Shown: one piece after another, positions 47,020-59,872 of the stretch
Layout: the number at the start of each line of letters is the position of its first letter
How positions within the stretch are numbered: position 1 is the stretch's first letter
NCBI RefSeq assembly: GCF_009914755.1
Contig: NC_060927.1
Length of the DNA stretch: 64,000 bases
Strand: one strand, 5' to 3'
Origin: the human T2T-CHM13v2.0 reference genome, Homo sapiens
The notes under the pieces: model-generated
What the model was told of the DNA's origin: nothing
The model's database searches: none
Seen by the model: only the letters and a program-made list of their open reading frames with translations
Program-made: the position numbers and the translations under genes

Positions 47020-48592
47020 CAGCTATACCTCTGAGGTATTGTGAGTGGTCTAGTTCTAGACCACTGTACTAAAGCAGAAATCACAATAGAGTCACAAATG
47101 TTTTGGTTTCCCAGTGCATATAAAAGTTCTGTTCACATTATACTGTCATCTGTAAAGTGTGTAATAGTCTGTCATCTGTAAAGTGTGTGATAGCCTTACG
47201 TCTAACACAACAATGTACATACTTTAAAAATATTGCTCAAAAATGCTGATGATCATGCAAGGCTTCAGCAAGTTGTAATCTTTTTGCTGGTGGAGGGTCT
47301 TGCCTCAGTGTTGATGGCTGCTGACTTACCAAGCTGGTGGTTGCTGAAGTAACGTTAGCGTGGCTACAGCAGTTTCTTTAAGACGACAGTGAAGTTTGCC
47401 ACATTGATTGACCCTTCCTTATGTGAAAGATTTCTCTGCAGCATGTGATGCTATTTGATAGCATTTTGCCCACAATAGAACTTCTTTCAGATTTGGAGTC
47501 AGTCCTCTCAAAACCTGACGTTACAGTTAACCAGCTGCATTAGCCCCTAACAAGAGAGTCAGCCTGAAGCTTTGAAGCCAGGCATTAACTTCTCTTCTCT
47601 AGCTGTGAAAGTCCTAGATGGCATCTTCTTCCATTATAAGACTGTTTAGTTTACATTGAAAATCTGTTGCTTAGTGTAGCCACCTTCATCAGTTATCTTG
47701 GCTAGATCTTCTGGATAACTTGCAGCAGCTTCTCCATCAGCACTTGCTGCTTCACAGCTTCTTTTTTAAACCTCTTATACCAACCTCTGCTAGCTTCAAA
47801 CTTTTCCTCTGAAGCATCTTCGTCTCTCTCAATATTCATAGAATTGAAAAGAGTTACGGCCTTGCTCTGGATTAGGCTTTGACTTAAGGAAAAGTTGTGG
47901 CTGGTTTGATCTTCTATCTAGACCACTAAAACTTTCTCCATTTCAGCATTAAGGCTGTTTTGTTTTCTTATACTTCATTCACTGAAGTAGCACTTTTAAT
48001 TTTCTTCAGGAACTTTTCCTTTGCATTCACAACTTAGCTGTTTGGCACCAGAGGCCTAGCCTTGGCCTGTATGGCTTTTGACATGCATTTCTCACTAAAC
48101 TTAACATTTCTAGCTTTTGATGTGAAGCAAGAGACGTGGCACTCTTCCTGTCACTTGAACACTTAGAGGCCATTGTAGGGTTATTAATTGGCCTAATTTC
48201 AATATTGTTGTGTCTCAGGGAATAGGGAGTCCTGAGAGGAGGAAGAAAGAGGAGCAAAGGTTGGTCGGTGAAGAAGTCAGAACATGCAACACTTATCGAA
48301 TAAGTTCACCATCTTAATTGGCTCATGGCACCCCCAACTGCATCAGAGTAACATCAAAGATCACTGATCTTTGATCACAGATCATCATAATATATAATAA
48401 TAATGAAAAGCTTGAAATATTATAAGAATTACCAAAATGTGACACAGAGACAAAAAATGAGCCATGCATTTGGAAAAATAGTGCCAGGAGACTTCCTTTA
48501 CATAGGGATACCACCACAAACCTTCAGTTTGTTGGAAATGCAATATCTGTGAGGTATGATAAAGCAAAGCACAATAATACAGGGTACACCTG
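47020..48592 (-). mobile_element. Tigger1 DNA transposon, internally deleted
   Basis: TIR-like ends cagctatacctc / agggtacacctg; minus-strand ORF 48027-48257 contains MASKCSSDRKSATSL...QKLEM, matching the Tigger1/TIGD1 transposase N-terminus. Confidence 0.9.
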
Positions 48593-49699
48593 CACAAATA
48601 TATTGTTAGTTGAGCTTGGAAGCAGAGAAAACAGCAGGTCTTCACCATGTTATCCCAGGTTCCCCAGGAAAGAGCGTATGTAAGATGGAATTTAAATATT
48701 GATCTAGTTGTCTAATCTTGGCCATAGCTTTTGAACCACAGTATAATTATCTAGGTTCAAGAACCATTAACTCTCCCTGATTTCTCAAGGGCAAAGATGT
48801 CAATGCCACGAGAAGATGTTTGTGTTCATTGGTGTTTCCAAATATATTACTTTTTCTTTGGCTTTGTTGGCTATAGATAAACCAGCCAATGAATTTTGGG
48901 CCAAGAAGTCCAAAACACCCCTATCCCATTAACAGTAACAGCAGCATCAAGAGGCAGCCTGGTATATTGCACTTAGGAAATTTATTGATTCATAGCTGTG
49001 TTCTCAGTAAGGCGTTTACCACTACTTTTCGGAAAACAAATTATCTTTTCTGCATATATATTTTTCTGCATTTAAAAGATACGAGTCTCTTTTTTGAGCA
49101 GTTCTCTTTGTAAGAATTGATATTTGATGACTGTATTCTTTCTTAAAAGAAATTTTATTTCAAAGAAAAGAAATTTGCTTATTTTATAGCAGAATAAAAC
49201 TTCTATTTTTCAGTTACAATTTGTATCTATTGGAAACTTTTGTAAATCTAAGATACGACATGGAATCTTAGTTTTTCTGTATCTTAAATATTTTACTATT
49301 TCATCATCCTAGAAATTACTTCATCCATATTCATTATTTCCAACTATGCTAAAAAAGACTAAAATAATATGAAAATATAAAAGAAGGATAGAATAGCCTA
49401 GAAGGACAATAAAATAGTGAAGTAAATCATGATGTTACATCATCCTTCAGTTTTCTTATTGCATTGCCCAGTGTCTTGCATCATCTTTCCAGAAGTATAG
49501 AAGAAGTCTGCAGACACTGTCTTTGTAATTTTTTTGTTTGGTTGGTTGGTTTCTTTCAGGCTTTCATTGGACACTTGAGAATTCAGAATTTTTCACTTTT
49601 CACCCAGAATGATGACAGATGAAAACTGACCAAGGAAGATATTTCACAAGCATTAGACAAATCATAATATGAATGTAGATAGATAGTAGCAGCCTAGAG

Positions 49700-49927
49700 C
49701 AGAGTTTCCCAACCTCAGCACTATTGACATTTTGCGCCAAATAATTCTTTGTTGTAGGAGCCATCCTGTGTGTGCAATCCAGGATGTTTAGCATCCCTGT
49801 CCTCTACCCTACTGCAGGCCAGTAGTGCCATCCTGCTAAGTTATGGCTATCAAAAATGTCTCCAGACATTAGCCAAGGTTCCTGGGTGGTCAAGGGGACA
49901 CAAAATCACCCTAGTTGAGAACCACTA
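49700..49927. mobile_element. MER20 hAT MITE
   Basis: cagagtttcccaacctcagcactattgacatttt...aaaaatgtctccagacatt...gttgagaaccact. Confidence 0.88.
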
Positions 49928-50699
49928 CTCTAAACTCTAATCATGGTGAAGTTTATTATATAAATGAAATGTCAGATGACAACACCTAAACTGTCTCTCA
50001 GTTATCTTAAGTCTTCTCAAACTCAGGATAATGATGAGTAAAGAATATATTTCTAACAACAAAAAGGAAATTTGATAGTATTTCTAAAGACAAAAAGGAA
50101 ATTTGTATTCACATTCAGTTAGTCATTCCACCAGAATGACTTCATCACACAATATTTTGTGACAAGAACCTGAACAGCCTGTTTTACAGTATTCTTTTCA
50201 TCTTTTATTATATGCACCAAAATTTTTTTTTAAATTTTCTTGAACCTCTAAATCTACGTTAAAAATTTACCTGATACACTTTCTAAATGGACAAATGCCG
50301 AAGGTAGCTGTGTATACAAATGTGACTAGAAGGAAAAAGATGATATAGAAATAAAATAACTCCTTGAGTTGATCATTCTGATTGGCATTTATAGAGTAGA
50401 AATGTTTTGTAATTACAGAGGAAAAAAGATGGCCTTTCCTTCAACAGTTATGAGCCGTCAGAATTTTCAAAAATACTGCATTTTGACAATGTAGTTTCTA
50501 GTTTGACAATGATATATTTATCTTCAAAACCAGGAAAATGTAGATAAGAATTTGGTTTTATAATATTTAAATTCTTATTAAAATGTCTAATAAAATTGTT
50601 TTCCCCATCACTTTATTCTTCTGTAAGTTATTTTATATTTAAAATGTAAACAAATAAAAATAAGTAAATAAACAGTAGCAGCTTCTTTTCCTGATAAAT

Positions 50700-51255
50700 C
50701 GAGGATTGAGTATGTATTATCTCTTTCCTGGACTACTGGAATAACCTCTCCCTCCTTCCACAGAGAAGCCATAATAATCTTTATGAAATACAAATCAAAT
50801 CATGGTATTCATTCTTTAAATAGCTATCAATAAAAATAAAATCCCAACTTTATACCCTGTTCGCAAATTTTACGTGGTCTGAATTCAGCTTACATTTCTT
50901 CTTTCCCTTGTCTATTGCCCATCAGGCTCACTGGCTTTATTCCTTCACACCAAACTAGTTATTTCCGGGGTGGGAGGAAGGCTTGCAGTGTTTTCTCCAT
51001 CTGCAATAGTCTTTCCCAAATCTTAGTGTGGATAAAGGTTCCTTCTTGTTACTTGAATCACAAATACTATGTTCTCAGTCATTCTCTGTTACATCATCCA
51101 GAGTACATTATATCAATTTTCCAATATTTTTATTTATTTGATTTCCCACTATAACAGAGGCTCTGTTAGTGCAGGGTCTTTTACTATTTTGTAATCCCAA
51201 CAGCAAGAACAAAACAAGGTACATAGTACATATTTAATAAATACTTGTTGAACAA
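50700..51255. mobile_element. L2 3' remnant; boundaries approximate
   Basis: ctggactactggaataacctc...acatagtacatatttaataaatacttgttgaa. Confidence 0.6.
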
Positions 51256-52041
51256 ATATGTGCCGGTAATATTTCTTCATGCTGCTGAATAAGTTAACAG
51301 CATATAAACACATACAAACCAAGTGGCATGGATGTCTGCTTTCATTTTTAGCCTTTTAAAAATATATGTAACCCATCCTAAGGGGTTTATATTTGTTTTG
51401 CATAATACATTAATATGTACTCATTATTCATTACACAGTTAATATATCTATATTTGCAGGGAATATACATTGCTTGGAATTATACAAAAAAATATTATTT
51501 TTCGTTTTCTAATATTCAGGATACAGTGTTTTAATGGGGGTGTTTCTTCATTCTTTTTTTCTTACTGGTTTTTACTTTTTAAATTTGAAAGCTTTGCAGG
51601 GATCATAAGGATCTGTTCAGGCAAAGAACATGAAAGGGTTTACATTTTTATCATTTTAGTGTTTCTTATTCTCTATATCAAAAACATTCACAGATAAGTT
51701 AACAAGATCCTCATCAGGAGGAAAAGTAAATTGTTCACTACCATCCTCTAGTATCCTAATCTGGTCTTGTTGTTGGCTAACTTCAGCAGTTACTATTCTG
51801 TGACTGGTGTAATATTAACCAAATAAATTACTGGATTTGTTCTACAAATATTATGTCTTAGATTGGTTCTTTCCTGTCTCTGAAAATAAAGTCTTGCAAT
51901 GAAAATAAATTATTTTACAACAGTTAATTAGCAATGTAAAATTTATTGAAAATGTATTTGCTTTTTCTGTAAATCATCTGTGAATCCAGAGGGGAAAAAT
52001 ATGACAAAGAAAGCTATATAAGATATTATTTTATTTTACAG

Positions 52042-52166
52042 AGTAACAGACTAGCTAGAGACAATGAATTAAGGGAAAATGACAAAGAACAGCTCAAAGC
52101 AATTTCTACACGAGATCCTCTCTCTGAAATCACTGAGCAGGAGAAAGATTTTCTATGGAGTCACAG
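52042..52166 (+). CDS. PIK3CA: exon 10, aa 514-555 (helical-domain hotspot exon; E542 52126, E545 52135, Q546 52138)
   Basis: [42 protein letters not shown]; donor CAG|GTAAGT; 125 nt. Confidence 0.99.
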
Positions 52167-52965
52167 GTAAGTGCTAAAATGGAGATTCTCTGTTTCTTTT
52201 TCTTTATTACAGAAAAAATAACTGAATTTGGCTGATCTCAGCATGTTTTTACCATACCTATTGGAATAAATAAAGCAGAATTTACATGATTTTTAAACTA
52301 TAAACATTGCCTTTTTAAAAACAATGGTTGTAAATTGATATTTGTGGAAAATCATACTACATTGGTAGTTGGCACATTAAATGCTTTTTCTTACTCTGAA
52401 TTCCTGATATGACTTTCTTTAGGATTGTTTAAAATATTCTAGTAGTTTTAGGTCAATTTAGATGTGATTTAGTTGGTCTAGATATTATAATTTTTAGGGG
52501 TTCCCTTTCATTTTTCTTTTTTCTTACGTTTCTTCAAATAGTATAATGCCTTATTTTCATTTATGAAGAAATTACCCTGCTGTTGGTGATACGGGTATAT
52601 TTAAATAAACCAGTTGCAGTGCATTTCTGCAGAAAGTCCATTAAGACATAAATTTTGTCCAGTAACTACAGTAGAAGTGGTGACTCTATGATTCATTCAT
52701 GTTGCATAAGTAGGTGAAAAATATGAGCTATATGAAGAGTGGTATAACATATATTCATAATTTTTCTTAACTGTTAACTAAATGTAAGTACTTATAATCC
52801 ATTTGCATTTTCCTTTTGTGTTCTTTGCCATTATAACTGTGCCTAAGTATATATGTAAATATATTTCCAACTATAGTGTTAAACACTGATGTCTTTTGAA
52901 TTTTAAAAAAGCTAGTAATGTAAGAAGTTTGGGACTTCTTAAGAAGATTCATATGGAGAAGTTAG

Positions 52966-53163
<198 letters not shown>

Positions 53164-53315
53164 TAAATTGTTTTCTCTCAGAAAGTCCACATAAATAAAT
53201 GAAATAGACTAATAGTAATATAGTGTAGAAAAAAACACCCTTAACATTATTTCCATAGATAAAACTAATTAGAACTGTAAATTCTAAGGAGATTATTTAT
53301 CTAAACTAATTTTAA

Positions 53316-53573
<258 letters not shown>

Positions 53574-53780
53574 TAATGTAAAATAGTAAATAATGTTTAA
53601 TTACAATAATAATTTATTCTAGATCCATACAACTTCCTTTTAAAAAACCTACTGCACTAACTAGTTTTATGCTTAAAAAAAAAAATTATTACCAGTAATA
53701 TCCACTTTCTTTCTGAAAAAATTTTCTTTAGATCGGCCATGCAGAAACTGACCCTGATTTGTTTTTTTGGAATCACCTAG

Positions 53781-53885
<105 letters not shown>

Positions 53886-54776
53886 TAAGTCTAATTATTT
53901 TCCCATTAAATTCTTAAGGTACATATTACTTGCTTTCTTAATAGATTTATAAATATGTATTACTTATATACTTTTGTTTATGTTTGGCTGGAAGAGTTTT
54001 CCATACTAAAAGTATTTTGTACCAGTGATGAGCTTCTCAACTTTTGCTCTTTGAAATTTAAAAAGCAGTAAATTCAAAACTAAATTTTAGTCATGAATGA
54101 GAGCTTAAATATTTTTAAAGATTTTTGTTCTACTTAAGTCAAATTTTCTAGGTCCAGATGAATATTGCTGTAGGTTTCACTGTGTGTATGGATTACAATA
54201 TCCCCAAACAAAGAAAAAAATGTTTTACCTTGAAATTCAGAACAATGTCAAACTCCCGTGGTTCTTACTGAAAAACAAGCTAATTAAGAATAAAAAATGT
54301 TTTGTAGAATGTGATATATGTAGTACTCAAAAGTTACAGGTCATAAACCATATAACTTTTCATAAATTTAGAAGCAGATTTATATCTAATATGATATTTT
54401 AAGTGTTAAAATTTAATAATGGAACCCAGAAGTTAAGTTGAAAACAAGAAGCATAGGCGTGTGTCAGAAGAGTCAAACAGCATTCACTGAGCGCTTTGTT
54501 CCCTCCCTCTTCATTTGATTATTTTTGTGCTCAATTTCCTTTTTTCATGTTTTTATATCTTGTACTGAGATTAGTCAATGAAAACTAGTTGAAATAAACC
54601 TAAAAACTAGATGTTTATTTAATCACATATTCAGGAACTACCTGAAACTCATGGTGGTTTTGTTTCTAAATTACAGGTTTTGAATAATTTTATTATTAGT
54701 ATGATTGTAACATTTATTGGATTTCAAAAATGAGTGTTTAAATTGTTTAGCAAAGATTATTTGTATACTGATTTAA

Positions 54777-55046
<270 letters not shown>

Positions 55047-55049
55047 TAG

Positions 55050-55295
55050 AAGCCCAGTGTATATACAGATCATGGTCCTTGGAATCAAGCAGATTAGGAT
55101 TTGGAACCAAGTTCCACTGCCTCTCAGCTGTGTAGTGTTAGACACGTCATGCAGGCTCTCAGGACTCATTTTCTTTGTCTGTAAAATGGAAATAATACCT
55201 GCTTCATAAGGCCATTGTGAGAATTAAATTACACGAGATATGCAAAGAACCTATCACAATCCTTGGAACATAGAAGGTGGCCAATAAATGTTAGA
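55050..55295 (+). mobile_element. MIR remnant
   Basis: ctcattttctttgtctgtaaaatggaaataatacct...ttgtgagaattaaatta...caataaatgttag. Confidence 0.8.
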
Positions 55296-55524
55296 TCCCT
55301 TTACTTTCCCTTCCTTTCTCTTATTCAGGTCCCTAAGTATTTACAGTGATTATTTCCTTATTCTGTCATTTATTGTCTCTCAGTAATGACCCTGAAAATG
55401 AGTGGAAAGAAGTTAGTTTTTACATTTCCAAGTTTAAAATGGATTTCGAGTCACTCAGTAAATATATCACACTCTAGTCATCTGCTGTCTAGCTTAGTAT
55501 AACTAAGAGTAGGAAATACAATGT

Positions 55525-55528
<4 letters not shown>

Positions 55529-55557
<29 letters not shown>

Positions 55558-55839
55558 GAGACAGGGTCTGGCTCTTTTGCCTGGCCTGGAATGCAGTGGT
55601 GCAATTTCGGCTCACTGCAGCCTTGACCTCCTGGGTTCAAGCCATCCTCCCACCTCAGCCTCCTGAGTAGCTAGGACTATAGGAGCATGCCACCACTTCC
55701 AGCTAATTTTTGTATTTTTAGTAGAGACAGTGTTTCGCTTTGTTGCCCAGGCTGGTCTCCAATTCCTGGGCTCAAGCAGTCTGCCCACCTCGGCCTCCCA
55801 AAGTGCTGGAATTACAGGCATGAGCCACTGTGCCTAGCC
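55529..55839 (-). mobile_element. AluJ-like with T29 tail
   Basis: TSD caatgtaaacttttt on both sides. Confidence 0.94.
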
Positions 55840-56313
55840 CAATGTAAACTTTTTTATGACCTTTTCCTACACCCTATTCTTTATTCAATCCAATCCACCA
55901 CATCCTAAATTCACCACCTCTTACAATTAAAAGGAAGCTCATTCCTCACCTCTAGTAAAAGGAAAAAAAAAAGAAAAATCGTATATTAGTGAGTCCCCAA
56001 AGGACAGAGAATGTAAGTTAGCAGTACTGAATGAATTTTTCCAGCATCTTCATTACTAGTACTTGAAGGAAAAAAAAAAATTAAAACAAAGTTATTGTAT
56101 TAATGTAAATGTCATACAGTGTGAGTTGATTTTATTGAAGTGTGATATATAAATTCAAATATAGGATGGTAGAAAATAATTGTACTCTTTCTGATACTGG
56201 AATTTATGAGCAAGAAGGGTCTAGATTGCCCTGGAAGAACAAAATTTATTGTATTTATATATTGTAACTGAGCTGAGAAAAAAGAAACTAAATTTTAGAT
56301 ACATTTGTAAATA

Positions 56314-56740
56314 CAGATGTTCCTCAACTTATAACAGGGTTATATCCTGATAAACACATCATAAGTTGAAAATATCGTACAGGCAAAAATGGGCATTTTG
56401 TAGATGTGATGGGATGCGAAAACACAAAACACAGTATCCAAAAAATGCTGGCCACACAGTACGCTGTAGACTATTGGTCGTTTACCCTCATGACTGCATG
56501 GCTGACTGGGAGCTGCGGCTCGCTGCTGCTACCCAGCATCTCAAGAAAATACTGTGTTGCATATCACTAGCCCAGGAAGAGATAAAAGTTTAAAATTTGA
56601 TGTATAGTTTCTACTGAATGCATGTAGGAAGAGATAAAAGTTCAAAATTTGACATATAATTTCTGAATGCATGTTGCTTTCACACCATCACAAAGTTGAA
56701 AAATAGTAAGTCAAAACCATTGTAAGTTGGAGACCATCTG
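56314..56740. mobile_element. Tigger3 (Golem/MER7)-family MITE
   Basis: TIRs ta|cagatgttcctcaacttata ... tgtaagttggagaccatctg. Confidence 0.85.
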
Positions 56741-57451
56741 TGTAGGCATTTCTTCTAAGCTGGAGTTTTTATATCACAAATTGGCTATGATACAGTGGAT
56801 TAATTAGGAACATGAAATTCATTACTCAGATCATTATTGGCTTAAATGAGATTTTGATAGGGAACTAAGATTGCAGTCATAGAAACAAGAGCAGTTACTT
56901 TGAGTGGCTTTGTGTTTTGTTGTAACAATGAGTGATAAAATATAAGAAGCATTGTGCTAACATTAGAGTTGTCAGTGATAGAAATGCCTTTACATGAACA
57001 AGAGCTATCTAGTCAGTGATGATTAGATTTTCTAACTATTCATTTGTATATAACAAGAAGAAAAAAACTTATTTAAATTCCAGCATGAAAATTAATTTAT
57101 TATAATTCCTAGCTCCTAACCACTTTTTCCCCCACTCACATTTTATATTTTCAATAGGTGAAAGTTTCCTAAAATAAAATCCCAGCTATTGCGTGATAAC
57201 TCAGCAGTCTGGGCTCTGATTTGAATTGATTAAAAAGGGATATTGTTTTGTAGCCACATACTAAAACCTGAATATAGTATGAGACTCCATGTAACAAATG
57301 TTTTTACAAGTCCTTTTCCCAACAATTTCTTTTAGCCTCACTAGACCACTTTCACCCAGCAAAGAGAGTATGAATGCTGTGTTTTCTTAAAAGCCTAAAA
57401 GTAAGGTTATTAAGCTAATGTAACATGGTCTCCTTAGTTTTTCCTCTAGAA

Positions 57452-57647
57452 CACAGATCAGCAAGTTTTCTTAAAGGGCCAGATAGTAACTGTTTTAGAC
57501 TTTGCAGGCCCATGTGGTCTCTGTCTTAACTATTCAACTCTGCTATTCTCGTAAAAGCAGCCAATATGTAATGAATGGGTGTAGCTATATTCTAATACAA
57601 CTCAATTTACAAAAACTGGCAGCTGACCTGCCGGTTGACTAGCCCTG
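57452..57647. mobile_element. MER58A-like hAT MITE
   Basis: aagggccagatagtaactgttttagactttgcaggcc; similar to 26419-26642; ctcta-type flanks. Confidence 0.78.
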
Positions 57648-57891
57648 CTCTACAGCCAAAAGCATTGCCACTATCACCAAGCAGATTTCATCTTCTTACA
57701 GGAAGGGGTACACAGTGCTGCCAGTCTTGCTTCTGTCTCTGAGTGTTGCTGCTCTGTGTTGTAGAAACCCTCTTAATTAGAAAGCAGCAGTCTAGGATGT
57801 AGATTCAGAGACTGTACAGTACTGAGGTTCTCATGTGAGAAAGAGATTAGCAGTTAGTTTTATCTTTTATTAAGTCAGTTTCTTACTGTGA

Positions 57892-58053
<162 letters not shown>

Positions 58054-58529
58054 TAAATACCTTTTCTGGATAAAATCTTGAGAAAAGTAAAAATGTCTGT
58101 TATAATTAGAATGTTCAATAATTTATGCTTCTCTCTCTCATTCTCCTACCCTCAAAATAAGAGTAGTATATCTTAAGTTCAGTACTGCCTTTATTCAGAA
58201 TGAGTTTTTACTACTTAAATAATACAGTTTAAAACCTTCTATGGCCAGAATTTCTGTTACCATAGGATAAGAAATGGAAATGTAATATCTGTAAAACTAA
58301 TGATATATCTCTATATATTTGTTGGAAATTCATATGCAATTATATAACTTTTAAAACTTTTAGTTTTTTTTATACTCTTTAGGAATGGATTCCTAAATAA
58401 AAATTGAGGTGAAAGTTGTAAATCTTTGTAACACTTCAAAAAGCTATATTGTATTTATATTTTAAAATAAATTTCAGGGTAAAATAATAATAAAGCAAAG
58501 GTACCTAGTAAAGTTTTTAACTATTTTAA

Positions 58530-58667
<138 letters not shown>

Positions 58668-59467
58668 TAATGAGCTTATGATGCATGAATTTAGCTATCT
58701 TTTTATACACAGGATATTTATGAACCATGAAAACTACTGAAAGCCATTTAAGGAATATACACATGTGATAAAATATGTAATATTTATCAGATGTCTTGAC
58801 CTTTGAAATATGCATGTATAATCAATGAAAAGAAAAGAAGTACTAGGTTTAGATCAGAAGTCCTGAAATCAGTTTTTTGTTTTTTCTTTTTCCTGTTCCC
58901 TGCCTCCAACCCCCCTCCCGTGGACCTGTGTAGAGAAGTATTTTTTGTTGTTGTTTTGGTTTTTTTTTTAATCAGTTTCTAATTATCATTTGCTTAGCTG
59001 TGTGAGTATCCATTCATTCCATAAATATTCTATGTGCTAGGCCCTGGGGTTTTAGCAGTGAAGAAAACAGAATCCCTGCCCTCTTGGAGCTTACAGCCTA
59101 ACAGAGAAAAGAGGGACATTAAATGAATAATTACAAAAATAAAATTGCAAGCATGTTGCAAAGGAAGAGTGTAGTCTGCTCAGGAACCATATAAAAGAAG
59201 GTACTTATATGGAGGAAAAGGCTATGGGGGGAGTGAAGGAGGATCATGGATGGGTTTTCAATAGGAAATGACATTTCAGCAGTGAATTCTGTTGATCCCA
59301 ATATTTTAATATAAACATGTGTTCAAATTTAAGGATTCAGAAAAATAATTACTATAAATGCTTTAATTAAAAATTTTTGTGAGATGCATGCTCACTTATC
59401 CTACATTGTTATTCAAATATGTTTATGCAAAGACTTTAAAAGTGGATTTAAGAATCAGAATATTAAG

Positions 59468-59576
59468 AGCCATTTGTAGTGGTGCATGCTTGTGATCCCA
59501 GTTGCTCTGGAGGATTACTTGAGCCCAGGAGTTTTAGACCAGCCTGGGCAACTTAGCAAGACCCCATCTCAAAAAA
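59468..59576 (+). mobile_element. Truncated Alu monomer (FLAM-like)
   Basis: ggattacttgagcccaggagttttagaccagcctgggcaac...gaccccatctcaaaaaa. Confidence 0.8.
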
Positions 59577-59793
59577 TTATAAATACATTAATAAAGCTAT
59601 GTAAAGGCTTTGAGTGGACATATACACTCATTTATAAATTTTTTGAAAAGAAATCAGAATATTGCTTTCCTGAAGTTTCTTTTGAAGAGTAAATATAGCT
59701 GTATTTGTTTTTCATTTGAAAACCATGTGATGGCGTGATCCCCAAATTTGCATCTGTGGCATTAAATGGTGATACATATTATTTGAATTTCAG

Positions 59794-59872
59794 ATTTACG
59801 GCAAGATATGCTAACACTTCAAATTATTCGTATTATGGAAAATATCTGGCAAAATCAAGGTCTTGATCTTCG
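59794..59872 (+). CDS. PIK3CA: exon 17, aa 806-832 (DLRQD motif)
   Basis: [27 protein letters not shown]; 79 nt. Confidence 0.98.

Noticed and set aside
48027-48257. TIGD1-like protein ORF
   Set aside because: Frameshifted fragment of an internally deleted Tigger1, not a domesticated gene
58478-58500. Possible microexon tttcAG|...gcaaag|GTACC before exon 16
   Set aside because: The following intron would be only 31 nt, and the segment contains an in-frame stop
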